Below, in pieces: positions 1 to 9,342 of a stretch of 64,000 nucleotides of DNA (position 1 is its first letter; each line of letters opens with the position of its first letter). The stretch is from an uncultured Gemmatimonadales bacterium (GTDB lineage: Bacteria > Gemmatimonadota > Gemmatimonadetes > Gemmatimonadales > GWC2-71-9). The stretch lies in NCBI GenBank assembly GCA_963821525.1, contig CAWGED010000012.1, positions 96,001-160,000 of the forward strand, given 5' to 3'. The notes beneath the pieces are model-generated. The model saw nothing but the letters and a program-made list of their open reading frames with translations, was not told the origin of the DNA and ran no database searches. The position numbers were made by a program, and so were the translations under genes.

Positions 1-1962
1 TCTCCGCTGATGGCGCAAAACACGTTGAACCTGATGCCGGTGCCGGCGCATCTCGAGATCGGCACCGGGCAACTCGTCGTGGACAGCGGATTTCAGGTTG
101 GCATTTCCGGCTACAGCGACGCTCGGCTCGAAGCGGCGGTCGAGCGCACGCTGGTCCGACTGGAGCGGAGACTCGGGATCGGTATCACGCGGGCGAAGCC
201 AAAAGGCCCGCCGGATCTCGCGGTCGAAGTGCAGGGCCCCGGACAGCAGGTGCAGACACCCGAGGAAGACGAGTCCTACACCCTCACCGTCACTCCGCAG
301 GGAGCGGTCCTCAAAGCACCCACCGTAGTCGGCGCTCTGCGCGGGTTGGAGACCATCATCCAGCTGCTGGCGCAACAGAGCAGCGGCTTCTACCTGCCGG
401 CCGTTTCAATCGCGGATGCGCCGCGCTTCCCCTGGCGCGGGCTCCTGGTTGACGCATGCCGGCACTGGCAGCCGGTCGAAGTCATCAAGCGCACCCTGGA
501 TGGCATGGCGGCGGTCAAGCTCAACGTGCTGCACTGGCATCTGAGCGAGGACCAGGGCTTCCGGGTCGAGAGCAAGAAGTTCCCCCGGCTCCAGGAGCTG
601 GGCTCGGACGGGAACTACTACACCCAGGAAGAGATCGTCGACGTGGTCGCGTACGCGCGGGCGCGTGGCATTCGCGTAGTGCCGGAGTTCGACATGCCGG
701 GTCACACGACGGCGTGGTTCGTCGGCTACCCCGAATTCGCCAGTGCGCCGGGTCCCTATTCCATAGAAAGGAAGTTCGGAGTCTTCGATCCCACGCTGGA
801 CCCGACCCGGGATGAGGTCTACCGCTTCATCGAGGAGTTCATCGGCGAAATCTCACCGCTCTTTCCCGATCCCTACTGGCACATCGGTGGAGACGAGGTC
901 ACGGGACGGCAGTGGAACAGCAACATCCGCATCCAGAAGTTCATGCGGACTAACGGGCTCCGAACCAACGACGCGCTTCAGGCCTATTTCAACCGCCGGC
1001 TGGAGAAGATCCTCGAGCAGCACGGCAAACAGATGGTCGGCTGGGATGAAATCCTCCAACCCGATCTGCCCAAAACCGCCGTGGTTCAGTCGTGGCGCGG
1101 AGTCGAGTATCTCAGCCAGGCAGCGCGCAACGGGTACCAGGGCATTCTGTCGGCGCCTTACTATCTCGATCACATCAGTAGCGCCGAGGACCACTACCTC
1201 GCCGATCCGCTCCCGGTGGACAATCCACTCACCACGGAGGAAGCCGCCCGTGTCCTCGGTGGCGAAGCCTGCATGTGGGGCGAGCAGATCTCGCCGGAGA
1301 CCATCGACTCCCGGATCTGGCCTCGTGTGGTGGCTGTAGCTGAGCGATTGTGGTCTCCCGCCTCGGTGCGAGACGTGGATGACATGTACCGCCGGCTGTC
1401 CATCACGAGCCTGGAACTCGAAGGCCTCGGACTGACTCACGAGGCCCACACCTATCGGATGATTCGCCAGCTCACCGGCGCCCGTGGTGTCGGCCCGCTG
1501 CACGATCTCCTGCAATACGTCGAGCCCGTCAGCTTCAGCCAGCGTTATCGCCTCCAGGGTGCCACCCAGCTCACCCCGCTCACTCGGCTCCCCGATGCAG
1601 CGCGCCCCGATCCCTGGACCCGGAGCCGGCTCAACCGCCTGGCGCGGCAAGCACTGAACGATCCGCGAGGGCCTGCGGCCGACTCCCTGCGCGCAGTGTT
1701 CACCCTCTGGCGCGAGCTGCCCGCCCGCTATGCTGTTCTCGCAGATGTTCCACTCGCGCGCGACGGAGACCCCGCGGTAGCGACTCTCTCCCGGCTGGGG
1801 ACGGTGGGGACGGAAGCTCTTGATCGCCTGACCGCCACGGCGCCCGCCAACCCCGCGTGGACCAATAGCGTTCGCACGTTCCTGGATTCAGCGTCTGGTC
1901 CCCAGGGGCTTGTGCGCGTAGTCGGGGTCCAAGCAGTAGCCGCGCTTGCAGGAGTGCAGTGA
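1..1962 (+). CDS. beta-N-acetylhexosaminidase (GH20); N-terminus probably continues left of the window
   Basis: PRFPWRGLLVD, LHWHLSEDQGF, PEFDMPGH, HIGGDE catalytic motif, GGEACMWGE; the frame is open from base 1. Confidence 0.93.
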   Translation, partial: SPLMAQNTLNLMPVPAHLEIGTGQLVVDSGFQVGISGYSDARLEAAVERTLVRLERRLGIGITRAKPKGPPDLAVEVQGPGQQVQTPEEDESYTLTVTPQGAVLKAPTVVGALRGLETIIQLLAQQSSGFYLPAVSIADAPRFPWRGLLVDACRHWQPVEVIKRTLDGMAAVKLNVLHWHLSEDQGFRVESKKFPRLQELGSDGNYYTQEEIVDVVAYARARGIRVVPEFDMPGHTTAWFVGYPEFASAPGPYSIERKFGVFDPTLDPTRDEVYRFIEEFIGEISPLFPDPYWHIGGDEVTGRQWNSNIRIQKFMRTNGLRTNDALQAYFNRRLEKILEQHGKQMVGWDEILQPDLPKTAVVQSWRGVEYLSQAARNGYQGILSAPYYLDHISSAEDHYLADPLPVDNPLTTEEAARVLGGEACMWGEQISPETIDSRIWPRVVAVAERLWSPASVRDVDDMYRRLSITSLELEGLGLTHEAHTYRMIRQLTGARGVGPLHDLLQYVEPVSFSQRYRLQGATQLTPLTRLPDAARPDPWTRSRLNRLARQALNDPRGPAADSLRAVFTLWRELPARYAVLADVPLARDGDPAVATLSRLGTVGTEALDRLTATAPANPAWTNSVRTFLDSASGPQGLVRVVGVQAVAALAGVQ

Positions 1963-1964
1963 AC

Positions 1965-2006
1965 TGGTCTTGGGTCATGGGTCTTGGGTCGTGAGCCTTG
2001 CGTCGC
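1965..2006 (+). repeat. heptamer tandem array (TGGGTCN)n, left flank of the four-helix-bundle gene
   Basis: tggtct-tgggtca-tgggtct-tgggtcg-tgagcct-tgcgtcg; reverse complement of the array at 2467-2490. Confidence 0.85.
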
Positions 2007-2370
2007 TTGGCTGACGGCGACGAAGCAGGAATTCGTTCAAACGGTAAAGCTGCTTTTGAACGTGTCGACTCCTCGACAAGAGATCGTTCGCGGTCCTCTG
2101 ATCAAGGAACCTCAAGCGACCAGCTACAAGAATGAGAGCCTCGAGTTCGGTGGCCGAGCCCGCGGCGATCCGAGCGAATCGCGCGAGTTCCCGGTCCCCC
2201 AATCGCCCACAACCTTCCGCAATGTTGGCGCATACCGAACACGAAGCGCGTCGCATTTGCGAGACCAGTCCATAACGTTCACTGTTCGGGAATCTCGCCG
2301 TGGCTTGGTACACCCTCTCGACGAGGTCCTCTGCCGCGCTCCAGGCTTTGAGGTTCTTGAAGTCACCCAA
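1975..2370 (-). CDS. four helix bundle protein (23S rRNA IVP / Avd-like family)
   Basis: DFKNLKAW, FPNSERYGLVSQMRRASCSVCANIAEGCGR, IAAGSATELE; TTG start at 2370 with GGAGG upstream. Confidence 0.92.
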   Translation of the reverse strand: MGDFKNLKAWSAAEDLVERVYQATARFPNSERYGLVSQMRRASCSVCANIAEGCGRLGDRELARFARIAAGSATELEALILVAGRLRFLDQRTANDLLSRSRHVQKQLYRLNEFLLRRRQPSDARLTTQDP

Positions 2371-2466
2371 GTCGTCCTCCCGTTCGGCCGCTGCGAGAGT
2401 AGCACGAGTGTGGCCCCCGGTTCTCATCATTTCAACGCCCTTACCGACCCCGACGTGCGAGTTGCG

Positions 2467-2560
2467 GACCCACGACTCAAGACCCACGACCATCGACCAT
2501 CGACCATCGACCATCGACTATCGACCACCCGCCATCGACTCTCAACCCGGCATCGACTAT
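2467..2560 (+). repeat. junction of two heptamer arrays: (GACCCAN)n then (GACCATC)n
   Basis: gacccac-gactcaa-gacccac-gaccatc-gaccatc-gaccatc-gaccatc-gactatc-gaccacc... Confidence 0.9.
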
Positions 2561-2575
2561 TTTTTTGCCACCCGA

Positions 2576-3742
2576 ATGTGGATCCTACACAACGCCGACC
2601 TCTATGCGCCCGAGCCCCGCGGGATCAAACACCTGCTGGTTGCAGGCTCGAGCATCGTATGGATCGGCGATGATCCCCCAGCCCTCGACCCGTCGCTAGG
2701 CGTCAAGGAGTTTGACCTCGAGGGGCGGCGGATACTTCCGGGTCTGATCGACGGACACGTCCATCTCTCTGGTGGTGGCGGTGAGGCGGGATACCAGTCT
2801 CGAGTCCCCGCCGTCGCGTTGAGCCGGCTCACTCTGGGCGGTGTCACGTCGGTAGTCGGTGTGCTCGGAACCGATGATGTCACCCGCGCGCCGGCGGAGC
2901 TGGTCGCGACCGCGCGTGGCCTGATCGAACAGGGCCTCTCCGCCTGGTGCCACACCGGTGGCTATCACATTCCGCCGGTGACGATCACCGGCACGGTGCG
3001 GGGAGACATCATTCATATCGATCGCGTCATCGGAGTCGGTGAGATTGCGGTGAGCGACCATCGCTCGAGCCAGCCGACCCACGATGAGTTGCTGCGGATC
3101 GGCGCCGAGGCTCACGTCGGCGGATTGATGACCGGGAAAGCCGGCGTCGTGCACGTCCACATGGGCGACGGGCCGCGCGGCACCGAGCCGATTCTTCGCG
3201 CGATCGAAGGCAGTGAGATTCCAGCGCGGGTCTGGAATCCCACTCACGTGAATCGCCGCCGGGCCTTGTTCGACGACGCGATGGCGCTGGCGGAACGCGG
3301 CTGCACCATCGACATCACCGCTTTCCCAGTGGCGGAAGGCGAAGATGCCTGGGCAGCGGACGAAGCGCTGGTGCGGTATCTGGATGCGGGACTGCCGGCA
3401 GACCGCGTCACCGTCAGCTCCGATGGCGGCGGCTGTCTTCCGGCATTCGATTCTGAAGGCCGAGTGACCCATTTCGAGGTGGGCTCGCCGGGCGCGCTGG
3501 CGCAGACGTTGCTAGCACTCCTGGACCGGGGGCAGCCGCTGGACCGTGTGCTGCCCGCCTTTACCTCCAACCCTGCCCTGCTGCTCCGGCTTCCCCGTAA
3601 GGGCCGGATTGCGGTCGGCGCAGATGCCGACCTCGTTACCCTGGATCCGAAAGGACGGATCGTGGACGTAATGGCCAACGGCACCTGGTATGTGCAAGGC
3701 GGCAACCCTGTCATTCGCGGGCCCTTCGAGGGCCCCGCGTGA
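2576..3742 (+). CDS. iadA: isoaspartyl dipeptidase (beta-aspartyl peptidase)
   Basis: PGLIDGHVHLSGGGGEAG, GVLGTD, GEIAVSDHRSSQPT, HVHMGDG, PTHVNR, SSDGGGCLP; next to cyanophycinase. Confidence 0.93.
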   Translation: MWILHNADLYAPEPRGIKHLLVAGSSIVWIGDDPPALDPSLGVKEFDLEGRRILPGLIDGHVHLSGGGGEAGYQSRVPAVALSRLTLGGVTSVVGVLGTDDVTRAPAELVATARGLIEQGLSAWCHTGGYHIPPVTITGTVRGDIIHIDRVIGVGEIAVSDHRSSQPTHDELLRIGAEAHVGGLMTGKAGVVHVHMGDGPRGTEPILRAIEGSEIPARVWNPTHVNRRRALFDDAMALAERGCTIDITAFPVAEGEDAWAADEALVRYLDAGLPADRVTVSSDGGGCLPAFDSEGRVTHFEVGSPGALAQTLLALLDRGQPLDRVLPAFTSNPALLLRLPRKGRIAVGADADLVTLDPKGRIVDVMANGTWYVQGGNPVIRGPFEGPA

Positions 3743-4582
3743 GCCCGGCGCACGTGGGAGCGGGAGCACAGCGCGGTTTCATCATTCCGGTGGGTGGAGC
3801 GGAAGAGAAACTCGACCGTCCCGCAATTCTGAAGCGTTTTCTCAAGCTCTCGGGCGGAGGCAAGGCCCGCATCGCGATCATACCGACGGCCTCGCTGGCC
3901 GCGGATACCGGAGAGCGATACGAGGAAATCTTCGACGAGCTGGGTGCCCACAAGCGCCGAGTCGTTGGCGTTCGAGGAGCGCGGCGACGGAGATAACGAC
4001 GGACTGCTCGAGCGGCTGGAACATGCGACCGGAGTCTTTCTCACTGGGGGCAATCAGCTGCGGCTTGCCACCCATCTGGGCGGGACCCCGGCCGCGAAGG
4101 CGATCCGTCGGCTCAATGCCGCAGGGGTACCGGTCGCCGGTACCTCGGCCGGCGCAGCCTTCCTGTCCGAGCACATGATCGCCTTCGGCGACGAGGGGTC
4201 TTCCCCGCGCTCGGGCATCGTCACCCTCACACCGGGCCTGGGACTTACCAACCGCGTCATCATTGACCAGCACTTCCGGCAGCGTGACCGGATGGGGCGT
4301 CTCCTGACCGCGCTGGCCTACAATCCATTCGCGGTCGGCCTGGGACTCGACGAGGACACTGCGGCCTTCATCGGACCGGACAACGTGATGGAGGTAGTCG
4401 GCAGCGGGGCCATTACGGTCGTGGATCCATCCGCACTCGAGTTTTCCTCCATGGATGTGGCCAAGGTCAACGATCCGGTCTGCATGCTGGGGATCAAACT
4501 CCACATCCTGATCCAGGGAAGCCACTTCAACCTGCATACCCGCGAGGCGTCGGCGGGGACGGTGGGAGCGGCCAAGGGGTAG
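3739..4582 (+). CDS. cphB: cyanophycinase (S51 peptidase); apparent +1 frameshift near 3950
   Basis: IIPVGGAEEK and IIPTAS in the first frame; TGGNQLRL, GTSAGA nucleophile, IDQHFRQRDRMGRL, GLDEDTA in the second. Confidence 0.92.
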
Positions 4583-4740
4583 TCGATGGTCGATGGTCGG
4601 TGGTCGATAGTCCTTCAGGGGAGCCCGCCGCGGCTCCCCTGACTCTTCCGGTAAGCTTTCCCTGCCTGTAACCTCTCCGTAGGCCCTCACGGCTGACCGA
4701 CCGGTCCGACCATCGACTATCGACCACCGACTATTGACTG
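4580..4740. repeat. inverted pair of heptamer arrays, (TCGATGG)n at 4580-4612 and (GACCATC)n at 4708-4740, with an internal 10-bp hairpin near 4616-4640
   Basis: gtcggtggtcgatagtc is the exact reverse complement of gactatcgaccaccgac; caggggagcc/ggctcccctg hairpin. Confidence 0.88.
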
Positions 4741-4746
4741 CTGTCC

Positions 4747-7531
4747 ATGAAGATCATTGATCGGTCCGTCTACGTCGGGCCAAGCCTCTACGCCCACTTC
4801 CCGGTCATCCGTCTCGACGTAGACCTGGGACCGCTGGAAGAGTGGCCCACCGGCCGGCTCGGTCCGCAGTTCATCGACGGCCTGCTCGCGGCGCTCCCGG
4901 GGCTGGTTGAGCACGGCTGCTCCTACGGCGAGCCGGGCGGCTTCATCCGCCGGATGCGGGAGGATGGCGGCACCTGGCTGGGCCATGTGCTGGAGCACGT
5001 TGCCATCGAACTGCAACAGGCCGCCGGAGGAAAAGTCACCTTCGGCAAGACCCGCTCGGGCGATGTTCGCGGCCAATACCACGTGGTCTTTCAGTACGAC
5101 CAGTCCGACATCGGCCTCGAGGCCGGCAACCTCGCCCTCACCCTCCTGCACAGCCTGCTCCCCAGCGAGCTGCAGGAGCCGGGGAGCGTCCCCGGCGATT
5201 TTCACTTTCAGGCCGAGCTGGAGTCGTTCATCAAGTTCGCCCAGCGGCGGGATCTCGGTCCCAGCACCGCCTCGCTGGTCCATGCCGCCGAGGAACGCGG
5301 GATTCCCTGGATCCGGCTCAATTCGCAGAGCCTGATCCAGTTCGGGCACGGCAAGTATCAGCAGAGGATTCAGGCGACGATCACCAGTCGCACTCCGCAC
5401 ATCGCCGTCGAGCTGGCCTCCGACAAGGAGGAGACCAACAAGATCCTCGCCGGGCTGGGACTGCCGGTACCCAAGCAGGCGCTCGTCACTCGCGAAGAAG
5501 ATGCTGTCCGTTCCGCCGCCGAGATCGGCTACCCGGTCGTGGTGAAGCCGTACAACGCCAACCACGGGCGCGGGGTCGCGATCCACCTGACCGATGCCGC
5601 GCAGGTTCGGGCCGCGTTCCCGGTGGCCCAGCAGCACAGCCGCAGCGTGATCGTCGAGAGCTTCATCCGGGGAGACGATCACCGGATGCTGGTGGTGAAC
5701 GGGCAGCTGATCGCTGTCGCCAAGCGGGTACCGGGTCACGTCGTGGGGGACGGCGAGCACACGATCGAAGACCTGGTCAAGATCGTCAACAGCGACCCGC
5801 GCCGCGGCGTGGGCCACGAGAAAGTGCTCACCCGCCTCGAGTTCGACCATCAGGCCGAGCGGCTTCTCGCCAAGAAGGGCTACGACCGGCAACACCGTCC
5901 CTCCAAAGGGCGAGATGGTGTATCTCCGTTCGACCGGCAATCTGTCGACCGGCGGGACTTCGATCGACGTGACCGACATCGTGCACCCCGACAATGTCGA
6001 GATGGCGATGCGGACCATTAAGGCCATCGGGCTGGACGTAGGGGGAGTCGACTTCCTCACGCCGGACATCACCGTCTCCTATAAGGAAAACGGTGGCGCC
6101 ATCTGCGAGGTGAATGCGGCACCCGGCTTCCGGATGCATACCGCGCCGAGCGAAGGGACGCCTCGTGATGTCTCGGGTCCGGTGCTCGACATGCTGTTCC
6201 CGCCAACGACGCCATCGCGTATTCCGATAGCCGCCATCACGGGCACCAACGGGAAGACCACAACGGCCCGGATGCTGGCCCACATCCACAAGCTGGCGGG
6301 GCGCACCGTCGGCATGACCACGACCGACGGCGTCTACATCGACGGCCAGTGCACCATGAAGGGAGACATGACCGGTCCGGTGTCCACCCGGATGGTGCTG
6401 AAGGATCCCACCGTGGACGTGGCGGTGCTGGAGATTGCGCGTGGCGGGCTGGTGCGAGCCGGAATGGGGACCCGCTTCATCGATGTGGCGGCGGTGCTCA
6501 ACGTCCAGTCGGACCACCTCGGCCTGCGCGGCATCGATACGCTGGAGCAGCTCGCCGCCGTGAAGCGGATTCCGGTCGAGGTCGCGAAGGACACCGCGGT
6601 GCTCAACGCCGACGACCCTCACGTGCTCCGGATGGCGGACTACACCGAGGCCAAGCACGTCTGCTACGTCACCATGAACCCCGACCACAGCCTGGTGCGG
6701 GAGCACATCCGGGCCGGCGGCCGCGCCGTCTCTCTGGAGCGCGGAATCAACGGCCAGATGATCACGATCTACGATCGCGGCGCGCACATCCCGCTCCTCT
6801 GGACTCACCTCATCCCGGCGACGCTCGAGGGTCGCGCGACCCACAACGTCCAGAATGCCATGTTCGCCGCGGCGCTGGCCTTCAGCATGGGCGTGAAGCT
6901 GGAAGACATCCGACACGGCCTGCGGACCTTCGACACCACGTTCTTCCAGGCCCCGGGCCGGATGAACGTCTTCGATGAGCTGCCGTTCAAGGTGATCGTG
7001 GACTATGGGCACAACGCCGCGGCGATCGAGGTGATGTGCCAGTTGGTGGAGCGGCTGGAGCCCAAGGGCCGGAAGCTCGTGGTGCTGGCGGGCCCCGGGG
7101 ATCGCCGGGACGAGGATATCAAGCAGATCGCGAAGGTGGCCGCCGGCCGGTTCGACCGGTACATCGTGCGGCGGGATGACCAGCTCCGGGGACGGGCGCC
7201 GGAGGAAGTTCCCCACATGTTGCGTGATACCCTCATCGCGAGCGGGGTCTCACCCGACCGGATCGAGGTGATTCCGGAGGAGCCCACCGCCGTAGCCACC
7301 GCACTCGCGATGGGTCAGCCCGATGACCTGCTGCTCATCTTCGCCGATCAGCCAGTCCGCACCTGGAAGCAGGTCATTCAATTCCGGCCCGATGCTCAGG
7401 CCCCCGTGGAAAGGATTTCCCGGCCGGTGTTCGTCGAAGTGCCCCAGGTCCCCGCCTTGTCGCTCGGAGAGAGCGATGCCCTGGTGCGGGATGAACGGGG
7501 CGTAAGGCTGGCCCGCGAGACCGAAGACTAA
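4747..7531 (+). CDS. cphA: cyanophycin synthetase CphA1; apparent +1 frameshift near 5890
   Basis: N domain EHGCSYGEPGGF and HVLEHV; LGPST; ATP-grasp VVKPYNANHGRGV, TGNLSTGG, EVNAAPGFRMH; Mur domain ITGTNGKTTT, PGRMN, DYGHN. Confidence 0.95.
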
Positions 7532-7543
7532 GGTGGTCAGGCC

Positions 7544-9301
7544 ATGACGTCGCCCAGTCCCGCCGCCACGACTGGCCCGATCATTCAGAAGGACTCCCGC
7601 CGGCTTCCCGGCGTGAGCCTGCTGTGGGACCGGCCCGGGGCCATCCTCGATGTGGCCTTCTCCGATGACGTGGCGGAGCAGGCGGTGGTGCTCTGGGAGG
7701 CGGCGGCACGCGCCATGCTGGACGCCGTCGGCTGGAAGGACGAGGGAACCCGGGCCCGGCTCTTCCCCGGGGGCGCCAATCTGGTCCTCAGCGCCCCGAT
7801 CGACAGCCTCTACCCTGCTACTGAAGTGAACGAATGGGCCCTCGCGGCGGCCAATGCCGAGCTTGGCGGGCCGCCGGCACCGGCATTTGAGCTGGAGGCA
7901 CATCGACTCCGGCGGGCGATAGAGACTGAACGGAAGCCTCGCCTGCTGGCCATGCGCCAGGCGGCGCGCCGCCACGGCGTTTCATTCATCTGGGACGACT
8001 ATGTCACCTCGGTAGGATCCGGAACCGGAGCCCGGGTCTGGAATACCGAAGAACTTCCGGAGCCGGAAACCGTGGATTGGGCCAAGGTGCACGATGTGCC
8101 CACGGCGCTCGTCACCGGCTCAAACGGGAAGACGACAACAGTCCGGCTGCTGACGGCCGTGGCCACGGCTGCCGGTCGAGTGGCGGGTATGTGCTGCACC
8201 GACTCGGTGAGCATTGGCGGTGAGGTGCTGGCGGAAGGAGACTACGCCGGCCCGATGGGCGCCAGGATGGTATTGCGGGACCCCCGGGTGGAGCTGGCGG
8301 TTCTGGAAACCGCGCGAGGCGGAATTCTGCGCCGGGGCGTCACCGTGAGTCGGGCCGACGCGGCGATCGTCACCAACATCGCCGAGGATCATTTCGGCGA
8401 GTTCGGCGTATCCGATCTGCGTGCTCTAGCTGAGACCAAGCTGGTCATCGCGCGCCCGGTCGCCGCGACGGGTCGAGTGGTCCTTAACGCGGACGATTCG
8501 GAGCTGGTCGCCACGGGTGGCAAGCTCAAGAAGCCGGTCTGCTGGATCAGCCTGGATCCCAGGAATCCCGTGCTGCGCCAGAATCTGGCCCAGGGAGGCG
8601 AGGGAGTCTGGCTGGACGGGGGAGCCATTGTCGCCCTGCATCGAGGTGAGGAGCAGGTGATCACGACCCTGGACCAGGTCCCCATCACCCTCGGTGGGGC
8701 GGCACGACACAACGTCTACAACGCCCTGGGGGTGACGGCGCTCGCACTCGCGCTGCACCTCGATCCTGAGGCAGTGGCTCGCGGACTCCGAAGCTTTCAC
8801 GGCACTCCCGGAGAAAATCCCGGCCGCCTGAACCTGTTTGAGTTTGGTGGAACGCGGGTCATCGCAGACTTTGCCCACAACCCGCACGGGATGGACGCAC
8901 TGGTTGAGTTGGCTCGGGCGTTTCCGGCCGAGCGGCGTCTGATCATCCTGGGGCAGGCCGGGGACCGGGAAGATCAGGCCATCCGGGATTTTGCCCGGAG
9001 CGCCTGGGGTGCCCGTCCCGACCGGATCGTGTTGAAGGAGATGGAGAAGTACCGGCGGGGTCGTGCACCAGGGGAAGCCTCAGGAATTCTTTGCGAAGAG
9101 TTCCTTCGCCTCGGCGCGGCGCCCGAAAGCATCACCCGCGCGGACTCCGAATTCGAGGCGGTGCGGGTGGCACTGGCCTGGGCACGGCCAGGAGACCTGT
9201 TGATCCTCCTGCTTCATGCCGAACGAGACAGGTGCCTGGGGTACCTCGATCGGTTGCGGAGCCACGGGTGGACTCCGGGAGACGCGGTGCCAGAGCAATA
9301 A
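7544..9301 (+). CDS. CphA-related Mur-ligase protein lacking the ATP-grasp domain
   Basis: CphA-like N region, then VTGSNGKTTTVRL, LETARGGILRRG, TNIAEDHFGE, NPGRLN, DFAHNP, GDRED. Confidence 0.85.
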   Translation: MTSPSPAATTGPIIQKDSRRLPGVSLLWDRPGAILDVAFSDDVAEQAVVLWEAAARAMLDAVGWKDEGTRARLFPGGANLVLSAPIDSLYPATEVNEWALAAANAELGGPPAPAFELEAHRLRRAIETERKPRLLAMRQAARRHGVSFIWDDYVTSVGSGTGARVWNTEELPEPETVDWAKVHDVPTALVTGSNGKTTTVRLLTAVATAAGRVAGMCCTDSVSIGGEVLAEGDYAGPMGARMVLRDPRVELAVLETARGGILRRGVTVSRADAAIVTNIAEDHFGEFGVSDLRALAETKLVIARPVAATGRVVLNADDSELVATGGKLKKPVCWISLDPRNPVLRQNLAQGGEGVWLDGGAIVALHRGEEQVITTLDQVPITLGGAARHNVYNALGVTALALALHLDPEAVARGLRSFHGTPGENPGRLNLFEFGGTRVIADFAHNPHGMDALVELARAFPAERRLIILGQAGDREDQAIRDFARSAWGARPDRIVLKEMEKYRRGRAPGEASGILCEEFLRLGAAPESITRADSEFEAVRVALAWARPGDLLILLLHAERDRCLGYLDRLRSHGWTPGDAVPEQ

Positions 9302-9342
9302 GCCCTGATGCAACCTTTACAAACATCTGTTACCAAAAAGGC

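Noticed and set aside
1975..2370. Four-helix-bundle gene as part of a DGR or a 23S rRNA intervening sequence
   Set aside because: No reverse transcriptase, template/variable repeat pair or rRNA in the window.
2467..2560. Repeat run as a CRISPR array
   Set aside because: 7-bp tandem units, no unique spacers, no cas genes.
5880..5920. Naturally split cphA or programmed frameshift
   Set aside because: No slippery sequence; removing one base restores a continuous CphA; same error pattern across the window.
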